Assembly (NCBI GenBank): GCA_045863235.1
Contig: BTUM01000013.1
Coordinates: 1 to 64,000, forward strand
DNA length: 64,000 nucleotides
Origin: Candidatus Xenobia bacterium
GTDB taxonomy: Bacteria; Vulcanimicrobiota; Xenobia; Xenobiales; QWHO01
Reading direction: 5' to 3'
Positions 9,946 through 22,560 of this stretch are shown here, in pieces. Each line of letters starts with the position of its first letter. Position 1 is the first letter of the stretch. The notes below the pieces were generated by a model. It was not told the origin of the DNA. It saw nothing but the letters and a program-made list of their open reading frames with translations, and did no database searches. The position numbers and the translations under genes are program-made.

Positions 9946-10191
9946 ATGTCTTTGCTGATCAACGGTTTTCTCATGACCAGCTGCGGGGGGGGCTCGCGCT
10001 CGCCTGCGCGGCCGGCCGCCGAGGAGCACGAGCCGCCCATTCACGTGGATCCCAACGAGGCCCCGCCGCCCCCCGATGAGGAGGACCCCGACTACGGGAA
10101 GAAGGGCGGGCCGGGTGCGGGTGGAGGCTACCTGGTGCCCCCCACGGAGGATACCGTCAGCCTGTCCGACGCGGCCCGGAGCAAGAAGTAG
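9946..10191 (+). CDS. Small acidic Pro/Gly-rich hypothetical protein (81 aa)
   Basis: AAGGAG RBS before ATG 9946; fills the gap between the two HD-GYP genes. Confidence 0.6.
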   Translation: MSLLINGFLMTSCGGGSRSPARPAAEEHEPPIHVDPNEAPPPPDEEDPDYGKKGGPGAGGGYLVPPTEDTVSLSDAARSKK

Positions 10192-10193
10192 CC

Positions 10194-11570
10194 GTGCGCC
10201 GCGAGATCCTGGTCTATCTCGGTATGTGGGCGTTGGGCCTGGCGGCTGCCTGGCAGGCCTGGCCTGAGATTGGAGCCTTCACGCTGCCGGCCGCGTTGCT
10301 GGCGGTCGGCGCCTTCATGGCTCTCTTCAAGCGGGTGCGCCTCTCGAGCCAGGATTACTTCGCCTATTACAGCCTGGACGACGTGCCGCTCTACGCGGTG
10401 TTGTTCCTGTTCGGCACCCCCCTGACGGTGGTCGTGGCCCTGCTGGCCAAGCTGGCCTATGAGTCGGTGGAACTGGCCCGGGCCCTGCACCGCCATCCTG
10501 AGCGTGTCACCCCGTTGCTGGTGCTGTACCGGTTTTCCAATGCCCCGGCGCTGGCGTTGTCGTGGTATGCCGGGGGGCAGGTGTACGCCTGGGTCAACGC
10601 CGGCCATCCGCTGCTGGAGAGCGGGCGCAACTTGCTGGCCCTGCTAGCCACCGCCCTGGTTTTCTTCCTGGTGGCCTTCCTGCTCAACGGCTTGCTGGTC
10701 AATTCCCGACGTCAGGGTAGCTTGACCGAGTTCTGGAACGACCTGCGCCAGGATCTCAGCCAGGTGCGGGTGCAGGTCTTGATGCTGGCCCCCCTGGGCG
10801 CCCTGCTGGCTCTGTTTGTCACCTTCGAGCCCCTGGCGGCGTTACTGCTGGTGGTGCCCGTCTACCTGATGCACGTGGCGCTGGACGCGCGCTACAAGCT
10901 GGTGCGCGAGGCTCAGAACACCATCCAGGCCATGGCGCAGTATCTCGACGAGCGCGACCACTATACGGCCGGTCACTCTCAGCGCGTGTCCGGTTATGCC
11001 GCTCAGGTCGCCCGCGAGCTGTCGCTCTCTTCCCAGGAAGTCGATCGCGTGCGGCGAGCCGGATTGATCCATGATATCGGGAAGATCGACATCCCCGATG
11101 CGGTGCTGCGCAAGCCCGGAGCTCTGACCCAGGACGAGCGCGCCATCATGCGCACTCACACTGACCGGGCCGCAGAGCTGGGCAAGAAGCTGGTGGCCCT
11201 CAAGCAGGACCTGCCCTTCTATGAGGCCGCCTATCACCACGAGACCTACGACGGTCTGGGCTCGGTCTTCGGCCTCAAGGGCGAGCAGATCCCCTTGCTG
11301 GCTCGCATCCTGGCGGTGGTGGACGCGTACGACGCCATGACCAGCGATCGACCTTACCGCTCAGGCATGGCCACCGAGGAAGCGGTGGAGAGGTTGGTGC
11401 GCTCGCGAGGCAGCCAGCACGACCCCCGGGTGGTGGATGCCTTCGTGCGGGCCTTCCGCTCGGGGGCCATCGCCGGGGTCAAGCGCGAGTGGGAGCGCGA
11501 GGAGAACGAGCGGAAGCGCTTCGCGGCGCGCTCCGAGACCCTATTGTCAATGGCCGCGGGTTCGTGCTAA
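10194..11570 (+). CDS. Membrane-bound HD-GYP-like protein
   Basis: TM helices; GHSQRV, IHDIGK, HHE, DAYDAMTSDRPYR. Confidence 0.85.
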   Translation: MRREILVYLGMWALGLAAAWQAWPEIGAFTLPAALLAVGAFMALFKRVRLSSQDYFAYYSLDDVPLYAVLFLFGTPLTVVVALLAKLAYESVELARALHRHPERVTPLLVLYRFSNAPALALSWYAGGQVYAWVNAGHPLLESGRNLLALLATALVFFLVAFLLNGLLVNSRRQGSLTEFWNDLRQDLSQVRVQVLMLAPLGALLALFVTFEPLAALLLVVPVYLMHVALDARYKLVREAQNTIQAMAQYLDERDHYTAGHSQRVSGYAAQVARELSLSSQEVDRVRRAGLIHDIGKIDIPDAVLRKPGALTQDERAIMRTHTDRAAELGKKLVALKQDLPFYEAAYHHETYDGLGSVFGLKGEQIPLLARILAVVDAYDAMTSDRPYRSGMATEEAVERLVRSRGSQHDPRVVDAFVRAFRSGAIAGVKREWEREENERKRFAARSETLLSMAAGSC

Positions 11571-11584
11571 ACTGAGCCACACTT

Positions 11585-11660
11585 GCGCCGGTAGCTCAAT
11601 GGATAGAGCGTCGGTCTCCGGAGCCGAAGGTTGGAGGTTCGATCCCTCTCCGGCGTGCCA
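11585..11660 (+). tRNA. tRNA-Arg(CCG)
   Basis: Cloverleaf, anticodon arm TCGGT-CTCCGGA-GCCGA, GTTCGA T-loop, CCA end. Confidence 0.95.
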
Positions 11661-11699
11661 AACCAGTGAGGCCCATCGGGCCTCTTCTCAAGTACGGAG

Positions 11700-12170
11700 G
11701 TGAACACCGAGGAACAAGATAGATATTGGATGGAGCGAGCGCTCGAGCTGGCCCGCCAGGCTGCCGAACAGGGCGAAGTGCCCGTGGGAGCGGTGGTGGT
11801 TCGCCAACAAGAGCTTCTCGGCCAGGGGAGCAACCGCCGTGAGGCGCTCAAGAGCCCCCTTGGTCACGCCGAGATCCAGGCCCTCGAACAGGCCGGGCAG
11901 AGCGTGGGAGACTGGCGTCTTGGTGGCGCCACCCTCTACGTGACCCTGGAGCCTTGTCCGATGTGCGCCGGGGCCATTCTGCAGGCTCGCCTCGAACGAG
12001 TGGTGTTCGCCGCCGTCAGTCCCGACCAGGGGGCGGCCGGAACGCGCCTCAACCTGCTCGATTACCCCGGTTTGCGCGACCGCTGTCAGGTGACTGCCGG
12101 GCTGTTGGCCGAGCAAGCAAGCACTCTCATCCAAGATTTCTTCCTGCGCAAACGAAACAACTTGAAATGA
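11700..12170 (+). CDS. tadA: tRNA adenosine(34) deaminase-like protein
   Basis: GEVPVGAV, HAE, TLEPCPMC, C-terminal FF-R-R; typical position before tRNA-Ser and SRP RNA. Confidence 0.85.
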   Translation: MNTEEQDRYWMERALELARQAAEQGEVPVGAVVVRQQELLGQGSNRREALKSPLGHAEIQALEQAGQSVGDWRLGGATLYVTLEPCPMCAGAILQARLERVVFAAVSPDQGAAGTRLNLLDYPGLRDRCQVTAGLLAEQASTLIQDFFLRKRNNLK

Positions 12171-12176
12171 GATTCT

Positions 12177-12273
12177 GGAGAGGTGGCAGAGCCCGGTTGA
12201 ATGCACTCGATTCGAAATCGAGCAGGGGGACTAATCATCTTCCTCGGGGGTTCGAATCCCTCCCTCTCCGCCA
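12177..12273 (+). tRNA. tRNA-Ser(CGA)
   Basis: Anticodon arm CTCGA-TTCGAAA-TCGAG, long variable arm, CCA end. Confidence 0.93.
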
Positions 12274-12301
12274 GAGAGCTGTTTTGATCGACCCGATACC
12301 T

Positions 12302-12391
12302 GGAGAGGTGGCTGAGTGGTCGAAAGCGCACGATTGGAAATCGTGTAGGTGCGCAAGTGCCTCGAGGGTTCGAATCCCTCCCTCTCCGCCA
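12302..12391 (+). tRNA. tRNA-Ser(GGA)
   Basis: Anticodon arm CACGA-TTGGAAA-TCGTG, long variable arm, CCA end. Confidence 0.95.
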
Positions 12392-12392
12392 T

Positions 12393-12524
12393 CCGGGGTT
12401 CCTGACAAAGCTCGGGTCCCGCTCAACTGAACGCCTGTGAACCCGGTCAGGTGCGGAAGCAAGCAGCCGTAAGCGGGAGGTTTGGTGTGAAGCGGACCAA
12501 CCTGGGCCGAGACAGGGGCCCCGG
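12393..12524 (+). ncRNA. ffs: Signal recognition particle RNA
   Basis: Helix 8 motif TCAGG-TGC-GGAA-GCA-AGCAGC; ends pair (CCGGGGTTCCTG / CAGGGGCCCCGG). Confidence 0.9.
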
Positions 12525-12811
12525 TTCCCTTTCTGCCGAGCGGTAACACCTCCTTAACCTCCCGAGCGACTTTCCAGGCTAGAGTGAAGTGCTCGCGCCG
12601 AACGATAGACAAGACGATCAGCACGGAACGGCCGGCCTGGCGCAGGTGTCTCATCAACACGTTCATTGGAACGGGCCGAGCGACGAAATAGAAAATAATT
12701 CGCGACAGGCAAGCCATTTTTTGGGTGTTTGTTCGAAAGGACTCTGACTTTGAAGGAAGAATGCGCTCGCCCATCGGGGGGAATTTTCTTCCTCGTGAAG
12801 GTCGTGTAAAG

Positions 12812-13798
12812 ATGGATAACAGCCTCCAGAAAATCAAGTCTCCAAGCCGCTTGACCCGTAAGGGTCTGGTTCTGAAGTTGATCCTGGGAAGCCGGGGTCT
12901 GACCCTTCGGTTCTCCCCGGTCTTGATTTTGATTCTCGGCGGACTGTTCGTCCTCGGATGGAATCATATTCAAGCTTCTGAAGAGGCAACCCGGCAGAGC
13001 TACCAGACGAAAATTCAGGAGCTCGAGTTGCAGAACAAGCGCATGAAGGCTTCGTTGGCCTTCAAAGAGCGCGAGAAGCAGCAGATGTTGACCCTGGCGG
13101 CCGCCAAGACTCAGGAGCTCATGGATGAGCTCGAGAGCCGCGATCGCGAGATGGCTCAGATCTGGAAAGTCGTTGGCAAGAAGAAGCCCACTACGCGCCG
13201 TCGCACCGCCCTGACCGGGGCCCGTGGCGTGCAGGCCAGCCCCATCGAGCTCAAGCTGCGCTACCACGAATTGCGTTCTCAGGTCAACGGGGGCGAGGCC
13301 GACATCGCCAAGCTCAAGGTGGAGGCCCGCAAGTATCGCGCCGAGCTCGAGCGGCGGGCCCGCCTGGCGGCGCTGAACGCCACTCCCTCGATGTGGCCCG
13401 TGCGCGGCAGCATCAGCTCTGGATTCGGCTGGCGAGTCCACCCCATTTACGGCTACGGCCGCATGCACTCCGGCCTGGATATCAGCGCAGGATACGGTAC
13501 TCCCATTCGGGCCACGGGCGCGGGCCGGGTCATTCAGTCGGGATACTATGGCGGCTATGGCAACTGCGTCATCATCGACCACGGTAACGGCCTGAGCACC
13601 CTTTACGGTCACTGTAGCGAGCTGGCCGTGGGACAGGGAGCGTTCGTGAAGAAGGGCCAGACGATCGGCTATGTGGGCAGCACCGGAGCCTCCACGGGTC
13701 CTCATCTGCACTACGAAGTGGCTGTCAACGGCTCACAGGTTGACCCCTCGGGCTATCTCAACGGGCAGGACCCGCTCGACTCCGCGGCTAAACTCTAA
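12812..13798 (+). CDS. M23 family metallopeptidase with coiled coil
   Basis: HSGLD, YGH, STGPHLHYEV; N-terminal TM helix; start uncertain. Confidence 0.9.
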   Translation: MDNSLQKIKSPSRLTRKGLVLKLILGSRGLTLRFSPVLILILGGLFVLGWNHIQASEEATRQSYQTKIQELELQNKRMKASLAFKEREKQQMLTLAAAKTQELMDELESRDREMAQIWKVVGKKKPTTRRRTALTGARGVQASPIELKLRYHELRSQVNGGEADIAKLKVEARKYRAELERRARLAALNATPSMWPVRGSISSGFGWRVHPIYGYGRMHSGLDISAGYGTPIRATGAGRVIQSGYYGGYGNCVIIDHGNGLSTLYGHCSELAVGQGAFVKKGQTIGYVGSTGASTGPHLHYEVAVNGSQVDPSGYLNGQDPLDSAAKL

Positions 13799-13843
13799 AC
13801 GACACGAGGCCTGAAGGCCGAGTCGGGTGACACGCGAGGGAGC

Positions 13844-14518
13844 TTGGTGTTGAAGATCCTCCCCCCGGTCCAGGAAGACAACAAGATGCTGGCGGGGCTT
13901 GCCTACCCGTTCTGGTTCGTAGTGGTCCCGTTCGCCTTGTTCTCGTCTCGCCGCGAGGAGCCATTCGTGCAGTTCCACGCCCGCCAGGCTCTGGGGTTGG
14001 GGGTGGGCTCGCTGGGCGCCTCGGTGTTGGGCAGTTTTCTGGTCTGGGCCTTCATGCAGGTTTTGCCCGCCGGTTCGTTCTCAGGTCTGGCCGGGGTGCT
14101 GGCGTTTGCGGGGTTGTGGCTGGCCTTCTTGTTCCTGTTCTTCCTGTTCTTCTTTCTGGGCTATCGGGCCTCGACAGGCGAGTTCTTGATGTTGCCCTTC
14201 CTTGGTCAGGGCGCTCTGCAGCGCACCCTGGATGACCTGGGCCTGAGGCCCTCGGATCTGGAGGCCACCGAGCCACCCTCTCGGCAGGAAGCTCTGGCTC
14301 CCCCGGCTCCGGTCGCGAACTCGGTGCGCGAGCCGGCGGCCCCCCCCGCGGCTCTCACCGAGATGCGTCCTCCGCCTTCGGTGCGGACCGGCCCTCAGCC
14401 GGGTTTGCGCCCCCTGCCCAGCGCTCCTACTCGCAAGAGCTGGGAGCCCGGGGCTGTCAAAGCCGATCCTTCGAACGTCTTGAAGCGTTGGTTGACCGAT
14501 GAGGAGGCTCAAGGCTGA
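13844..14518 (+). CDS. DUF4870-like membrane protein
   Basis: LAGLAY...FVQFHARQAL, three TM helices, Pro-rich tail. Confidence 0.65.
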   Translation: MVLKILPPVQEDNKMLAGLAYPFWFVVVPFALFSSRREEPFVQFHARQALGLGVGSLGASVLGSFLVWAFMQVLPAGSFSGLAGVLAFAGLWLAFLFLFFLFFFLGYRASTGEFLMLPFLGQGALQRTLDDLGLRPSDLEATEPPSRQEALAPPAPVANSVREPAAPPAALTEMRPPPSVRTGPQPGLRPLPSAPTRKSWEPGAVKADPSNVLKRWLTDEEAQG

Positions 14519-15389
14519 GGTCGGGCACGCGATCCTCCTCGTAGGCTCTGGCCAGCACCTGGCCCAGCGCGAACTTCAGGTGCCGGTTCTCCAACTGGTG
14601 CGAAGGCAACTGGGTGCGCAGCATGCACAGGTCCACGATGGTCCCGCGCAGGCTTTCCGGCAGCGACGTCCCGGGAGGGAGTGAGCGCAGGGTGTCCCAG
14701 ATGTTCTTCCACCACACGCTGCGCAGACGGCGCCGCAGGGCCAGAAACTCCTCGCCCGACAGGTCGGGAAACTCGCCGGAAAGATCGCGGTGGGTCTGCC
14801 AGGGAGCCCGTCCCAGCGAGCGCAGCAGGCGGGAACGTCGTTCTCGGCGGGCTTCCTGGCGGCAGGGGATGCAAATTCCCTCGTTGCAGGGCGCGCCGCA
14901 TAGCGTGCAGGGCAGCTTGCCCTGCTGAAGCGCCCACAGACGGCGTTTCTCGAGCTGGATCAACACCCGGTGCAGCGAGGCTCGCAGGTCGAGATCCTCC
15001 ACCTCGGCAGCCTGGCGCTCGAGCTTGAGCTCGGTGCTGCGGTCGAGAGCGATGGCGTCCCAGTTGACCTCTTCGGGCGGCGGAGGCGGTGGCAGGCGCT
15101 TGCCCAGGGCCCCCACGCTGCAGTAGAGCTTCTTGACCTTCTTTCCGGTGATGCGCTCGTTGACTCGCTCGAGGATCACGCGTTGGCGCAGCAGGGCCTC
15201 GGTGCTCCAGATGGGGGCGGTGCTGGTCAATAGAAGCACGTCTCCCTTCAGGCCGCTGGGCTCGAGCTGGGCGGCGAAGGCCTCCCCCACCACGTCCACC
15301 CAGGCTTCGCGTATCTGGGCCAGGCGCAGCGACTCGCCGGCCATCTGGCGGGCGGTCTTCTCCAGCAGCGAGCGGAGCGGAGTCAGCAC
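14457..15389 (-). CDS. DUF721/DciA family protein with Zn-ribbon extension
   Basis: W.DVVGE...P..L...L....PIWS motif directly after recF; C..CG...C..C; GTG start overlaps recF stop. Confidence 0.75.
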   Translation of the reverse strand: MLTPLRSLLEKTARQMAGESLRLAQIREAWVDVVGEAFAAQLEPSGLKGDVLLLTSTAPIWSTEALLRQRVILERVNERITGKKVKKLYCSVGALGKRLPPPPPPEEVNWDAIALDRSTELKLERQAAEVEDLDLRASLHRVLIQLEKRRLWALQQGKLPCTLCGAPCNEGICIPCRQEARRERRSRLLRSLGRAPWQTHRDLSGEFPDLSGEEFLALRRRLRSVWWKNIWDTLRSLPPGTSLPESLRGTIVDLCMLRTQLPSHQLENRHLKFALGQVLARAYEEDRVPDLSLEPPHRSTNASRRSKDRL

Positions 15390-16456
15390 GGGGCTGGTTT
15401 CGCGATCTGGCCGGCTTGCACCCGCCACAGCGTGCCCGGCAACCCGCTCACCGGTACTGCCGTGGTCAGGAAGACCTGCCGGTAACCGGTGAGGCTGTCC
15501 AGCAGGCGCTCCTGGCGCGAGGGGTCCAGCTCGGAGAGGCAATCGTCCAGCAAGACCATTGCGCTCTCGCCGGAACGCTCGGTCAGCACCTCGGCTTCGG
15601 CCAGGCGCAGGGCCAGCACGGCTGTGCGCTGCTGGCCTTGCGAGCCGAAGCGGCGTAACGAGCGAGCACCCAGCCGCACCTGCAGTTCGTCGCGGTGAGG
15701 GCCCACCAGGCTCGTGCGCAGGCGCAGCTCTTCCGCTCGCCGACGGGCCAGGTCGGCTTCCAGCTCGGTGCTGTTGGGGGTGTAAGTCAGCGAAAGGGGC
15801 GCCTCTTCGTGGGATAGCTGGCGGTAAAGCCGCTGGAAGCGGCCGTCCAGCTCGAGCGCCAGGTCCTGCCGGCGGGCCATCAACTGGTGCCCGTGCTGAA
15901 TCAGCAGCAGGTCCCACGGCTCGAGCTCGCCCGGTGAGTGGCCGCGCTTGAGCAGCTCGTTGCGCTGCTTGATGACGCGCTGGTACTGGCTGAGGGCGGC
16001 CAGATAGGTGGGATAGAGCTTGCACAGGGTCAGGTCGAGAAAGCGGCGCCGCTCCTGGGGGCCTCCCTGGACCAGGCTCAGGTCGCCGGGCACGAACAGG
16101 GTGAGCAATACCTCGCCCAGGAATTCGCCCAGCTTGCGCACCGGCTGACCCATCAGGCGCACCTCCCGGGTCGACTTCTGACCCTGGCGCTGCCAGGCGA
16201 ACTCGAGGCGACGCTCGCGTCCGCTGTCGCGAGAAATCCGCGAGGAGATGCGGGCCACATCTTCCTCCCAGCATACCAGCTCGACTTCGCTCTGGGTGCG
16301 AAACGAGCGCGAGGTGGCCAGCAGGTAGAGGGCCTCCAGCAGGGCGGTTTTTCCCTGGGCGTTGGCGCCCCAGAACACGTTCAGCCCTTCCGGCAACTCC
16401 AGTGAGAGCGAGCGGTAGAGGCGAAAATTGCTCAGCTCCAGACGGGTGAAGTGCAT
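15383..16456 (-). CDS. recF: DNA replication/repair protein RecF
   Basis: GANAQGKT Walker A, GPHRDEL, GSQGQQR, LLDD.LSELD. Confidence 0.95.
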   Translation of the reverse strand: MHFTRLELSNFRLYRSLSLELPEGLNVFWGANAQGKTALLEALYLLATSRSFRTQSEVELVCWEEDVARISSRISRDSGRERRLEFAWQRQGQKSTREVRLMGQPVRKLGEFLGEVLLTLFVPGDLSLVQGGPQERRRFLDLTLCKLYPTYLAALSQYQRVIKQRNELLKRGHSPGELEPWDLLLIQHGHQLMARRQDLALELDGRFQRLYRQLSHEEAPLSLTYTPNSTELEADLARRRAEELRLRTSLVGPHRDELQVRLGARSLRRFGSQGQQRTAVLALRLAEAEVLTERSGESAMVLLDDCLSELDPSRQERLLDSLTGYRQVFLTTAVPVSGLPGTLWRVQAGQIAKPAPC

Positions 16457-16509
16457 TGCGGCGCTTTCTACGGCAGGGGGGCGTTCCCTCGGGTCGAAGG
16501 CCGCAGGCT

Positions 16510-17685
16510 ATGCGGATCGCGATGTTCACCGACTGCTATCATCCGGTTATCAACGGGGTGGTGACTTCGATCGCCTCCCTCAAGTCGGCCCTCGAGGCCG
16601 AGGGCCACGAGGTCTTTCTCTTCACGCACGACTTCCCGGGCTATCAAGACAACGAGCCGAATGTGTTCCGCTTTCGCTCGGTCACCTACCCTCTGATGAA
16701 GGAGAACCGTTTCACGTTTCCCTGGCCCATCCGTCACGTGGGCATTCTGGCTCGCAAGCGGGTCGAGGCGGTGCATATCCATACCCCCTTCAACGTTGGC
16801 TGGATCGGTCGTCTGACGGCTTCCTGGCTGGGTCGCCCTCGGGTCTTTACCCATCACACCCTGTGGGACGAGTATACGCACTACTTGCCCGGGCCCCGGG
16901 GGCTGGTCAAGAAGTTCGGCATCTGGTTGGGAACCACGTTCTGCAACTCGTCGGCCGCGGTCGTTTCGCCCAGTACACCGGTGATGGAGCGACTGCGCGA
17001 GCAGGGGGTCACCCGTCCCATCCACGTTTTGCCCACCGGCATCGATCCCACCGTCTTTCGAGGGGGCGACTTCAGTGGCCCCCAACAAGAGCTGGGGATT
17101 GAGCCGGGTCAGAAGCTCTTTCTCTACATCGGTCGACTGGCCAAAGAGAAGTCGATCGATTTCTTGCTCGAAACGCTGGCCTCGGAGCCGTTCCCTGAAT
17201 GCCGCCTGGTGGTCATCGGGGACGGCCCTTCCCGGGGCGAGTTAGAAGCGACCGCGCGCCAGTTGGGCCTGTGCGAGCAGGTGCGTTTCCTCGGTTATCG
17301 CAAGCGAGCCGAGTTGAAGCACTACCTGGCCGGAGCCCGGGGGCTGGTCTTCGCTTCTCAGACCGAGACTCAGGGTCTGGTATTGCTCGAGGCTCAGGCG
17401 GGCGGGGTTCCGGTGCTGGCCGTGCGAGGCCCGGGGGTGACCGAGGCGGTGAGCGACGCTCAGACCGGAAAGCTCTTTCAGCCCGGAGACAAGGCCGGCT
17501 TTCTGGCCGCCTGGCGCGAGCTGGCCCACGACGACGGCATGTTCGAGCGGATGTCCCGCAATGCCCGGGCCTGGGCTGAGGATTTCAGCGCGCAGGCGAT
17601 GGCTCGCAAGATGTGCGACCTCTATCGCAGCCTGGCGGGCCCTGCCCCTGTTCCCGAGCGGGCCTCCGCGGCCGAGCCGGCTTGA
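16510..17685 (+). CDS. GT4 glycosyltransferase (diacylglycerol glucosyltransferase-like)
   Basis: FTDCYHPVINGV, HIHTPF, GRLAKEK, ETQGLVLLEA. Confidence 0.88.
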   Translation: MRIAMFTDCYHPVINGVVTSIASLKSALEAEGHEVFLFTHDFPGYQDNEPNVFRFRSVTYPLMKENRFTFPWPIRHVGILARKRVEAVHIHTPFNVGWIGRLTASWLGRPRVFTHHTLWDEYTHYLPGPRGLVKKFGIWLGTTFCNSSAAVVSPSTPVMERLREQGVTRPIHVLPTGIDPTVFRGGDFSGPQQELGIEPGQKLFLYIGRLAKEKSIDFLLETLASEPFPECRLVVIGDGPSRGELEATARQLGLCEQVRFLGYRKRAELKHYLAGARGLVFASQTETQGLVLLEAQAGGVPVLAVRGPGVTEAVSDAQTGKLFQPGDKAGFLAAWRELAHDDGMFERMSRNARAWAEDFSAQAMARKMCDLYRSLAGPAPVPERASAAEPA

Positions 17686-17859
17686 ATTTCATTTCATTTT
17701 CGACTTCTGGCAAGATCGCGTTCGAGCGCTGGAAAAAAAAGGGTTTTTCCGAGTTTCCGAGAACTAGATCAGGTAATCAAACCACGGCGGTGAGCGAAGT
17801 CAAAAACTGCGGCACGGTTGCATAAAAAGGCGTGCATGAGGCTCCCGCAGCGAACTTGA

Positions 17860-19950
<2,091 letters not shown>

Positions 19951-19968
19951 ACCGCCAGGAGCCCGGCC

Positions 19969-22545
19969 ATGTCCATTTCCGACCGTGAACTGATCCCCAT
20001 CGCCATCGAAGACGAGATGCGTTCGGCGTACATGGATTACGCCATGAGCGTCATCGTCTCGCGAGCTCTGCCTGACATCCGCGACGGCCTCAAGCCTGTG
20101 CATCGGCGCATCCTCTATACGATGCGCGAAGAGAACATCACTCCTGATCGGCCCTTCAAGAAGTCGGCCGCCACAGTCGGAAACGTGCTGGCCAAGTACC
20201 ACCCGCACGGCGACTCGGCTGTCTACGATGCGATGGTGCGCATGGCCCAGGACTTCAACATGCGCTACATGCTCGTGCAGGGCCACGGCAACTTTGGCTC
20301 GGTGGACGGTGACTCGGCCGCCCACATGCGCTACACCGAAGCGCGTCTGGCCCGCATCTCGATGGAGATGCTGGAAGACCTCGACAAGGACACGGTCGAC
20401 TGGCGCCCCAACTTCGACGCTTCGCTGCAAGAGCCGACAGTGCTTCCCACCAGGTTGCCCAACCTGCTGCTCAACGGCTCGGACGGCATCGCCGTTGGCA
20501 TGGCCACCAAGATTCCGCCTCACAACCTCACCGAGGTGGTGAACGGGCTCGAAGCCATGATCGAGAACCCCGAGATCACCAACGAAGAGTTGATGGAGCA
20601 CATCACCGGTCCGGACTTCCCGACCGGGGCCACCATCCTGGGCACCCACGGCATCCGTCAGGCCTACACCACCGGGCGCGGCAGCATCACCATGCGGGCC
20701 GTGATCGAGGAGGAGGACCGCAAGCGCGACCGCAAGGCCCTGATCGTCACGGCCATCCCTTTCCAGGTGAACAAGTCGCGCCTGCTCGAGCGCATCGCTG
20801 AAGCGGTGAAGGAGAAGCGCATCGAGGGCATCTCCGACCTGCGAGACGAGTCCGACCGCCGGGGCATGCGCATCGTCATCGAGCTCTCGGCCTCGGCCGT
20901 GCCCGACGTGGTCAAGAATCAACTCTACAAACACTCCGACCTGCAGTCGACCTTCGGGGTCAACATGCTGGCCCTGGTCAACTTCACGCCAAAGCTCGTC
21001 GACCTGCGTACGGTGCTGGCCGAGTTCCTCAAGCACCGCCGCGAGGTGGTGACGCGGCGCACCCGCTACTTGCTCGACAAGGCCGAACGACGCGAGCACA
21101 TCGTGCTGGGCCTGCTCAAGGCCCTTGACCACATCGACCGCATCATCACTTTGATTCGCAGCTCGCAAACAGGGGAAGAGGCGCGCACCAAGCTGTGTCA
21201 GGAGTTCGGGTTCTCGGAAGCCCAGGCCCAGGCCATCCTGGACATGCGCCTGCAGCGGCTCACCGGACTCGAGCGGAGCAAGCTGCAAGAGGAGCTGGCC
21301 GATCTGCAGAAGGACATCGCTTATTACAAGAGCCTGCTCGAGAGCGCCCGTCTGCTCGATCTGGTCATTCGCGAAGAGCTGGTCGACCTGCGAAGTCGCT
21401 TCGGCGACGAGCGTCGCACCAAGATCGTGCCTCACTTTGACGGCGACTTGAACATCGAGGACCTGATTGCCGAGGAAGAGATGGTGGTCACCATCTCGCA
21501 CAACAACTACATCAAGCGCGTGCCTTACGAAACCTACCGCAGCCAGCGACGGGGCGGGCGCGGGGTGTCGGGCACGGCCCTCAAAGAGGAGGACTTCCTC
21601 GAGCACATCTTCGTGACCAGCACCCACCACTCGTTGCTGTTTTTCACCACGAAGGCGCGCGTCTTCAAGCTGAAGGTGCACGAGATCGGCGAGTTCGGGC
21701 GCACGGCCCGGGGCCAGGCGCTGGTCAACCTGCTCAATATCGAGCCGGGCGAGAAGATCTCCGCGGTCATTCCGGTGCGCTCCTTCGAGCAGCCTGGATT
21801 CATCGTGACGTGCTCGCGCGAGGGCATCGTCAAGCGCACGGCCCTGATCGGCTACCAGAACATCCGCTCCAGCGGGCTGATTGCGCTGGGGCTGAAGGAG
21901 GGCGACGAGCTCGTGAACGCTCGCCTGACTCCGGGTAACGAGGAGCTGAGCATCGTGACCGCCCACGGGATGTCCATTCGCTTCAAGGAGGACGAAGTGC
22001 GCGCCACCGGCCGCATCGCCCAGGGAGTGAAGGGCATCAGCCTGCGGGTGGGCGATCGAGTCGTGGCCATGGATAGCTGCTCGGAAGGAACCGAGGTGCT
22101 GGTGGTCACTCAGAAGGGCTACGGCAAGCGCACCCAGTTGGAAGACTATCGTTTGCAGTCCCGCGGTGGCGTAGGCGTGAAGACGGTCCAGATCACCAAC
22201 AAAACCGGGCTGGTCGTGGGAGCCCGCATGGTCAACGCAGACGACGTGTTGATGCTGTCCACCTCCCAGGGCACCCTGATCAAGATGCCAATGGAAGGCA
22301 TCCGGCACGTGGGCCGTGTGGCTCAGGGCGTGATTTTGATTCGCCTCGAGGAAGGTGACGAGGTCACCGCTCTGGCCCGCATTCCCAAGGAAGAGGACGA
22401 CGAGGACACGGCGGCGGTCAGTGCGGCGGTCGGGGTCGCTGACGGCGAGCAGCAGGCGCCGGCGCTCGAGGCCGAAGGCGCCGACTTGGCAGCTCCTGAG
22501 GAGGGGGCTTTGCCCAACGAGGAAGAGGCTTCGTCCGAGGAGTAG
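19969..22545 (+). CDS. gyrA: DNA gyrase subunit A
   Basis: YHPHGD, MRYTE catalytic Tyr, GyrA box QRRGGRG, acidic tail. Confidence 0.97.
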   Translation: MSISDRELIPIAIEDEMRSAYMDYAMSVIVSRALPDIRDGLKPVHRRILYTMREENITPDRPFKKSAATVGNVLAKYHPHGDSAVYDAMVRMAQDFNMRYMLVQGHGNFGSVDGDSAAHMRYTEARLARISMEMLEDLDKDTVDWRPNFDASLQEPTVLPTRLPNLLLNGSDGIAVGMATKIPPHNLTEVVNGLEAMIENPEITNEELMEHITGPDFPTGATILGTHGIRQAYTTGRGSITMRAVIEEEDRKRDRKALIVTAIPFQVNKSRLLERIAEAVKEKRIEGISDLRDESDRRGMRIVIELSASAVPDVVKNQLYKHSDLQSTFGVNMLALVNFTPKLVDLRTVLAEFLKHRREVVTRRTRYLLDKAERREHIVLGLLKALDHIDRIITLIRSSQTGEEARTKLCQEFGFSEAQAQAILDMRLQRLTGLERSKLQEELADLQKDIAYYKSLLESARLLDLVIREELVDLRSRFGDERRTKIVPHFDGDLNIEDLIAEEEMVVTISHNNYIKRVPYETYRSQRRGGRGVSGTALKEEDFLEHIFVTSTHHSLLFFTTKARVFKLKVHEIGEFGRTARGQALVNLLNIEPGEKISAVIPVRSFEQPGFIVTCSREGIVKRTALIGYQNIRSSGLIALGLKEGDELVNARLTPGNEELSIVTAHGMSIRFKEDEVRATGRIAQGVKGISLRVGDRVVAMDSCSEGTEVLVVTQKGYGKRTQLEDYRLQSRGGVGVKTVQITNKTGLVVGARMVNADDVLMLSTSQGTLIKMPMEGIRHVGRVAQGVILIRLEEGDEVTALARIPKEEDDEDTAAVSAAVGVADGEQQAPALEAEGADLAAPEEGALPNEEEASSEE

Positions 22546-22560
22546 GCGAATTCTCAAGCC

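Noticed and set aside
15390..16529. N-terminal part of the 690-aa ORF 14457-16529
   Set aside because: Overlaps recF out of frame; only the part from GTG 15389 looks like a real protein.
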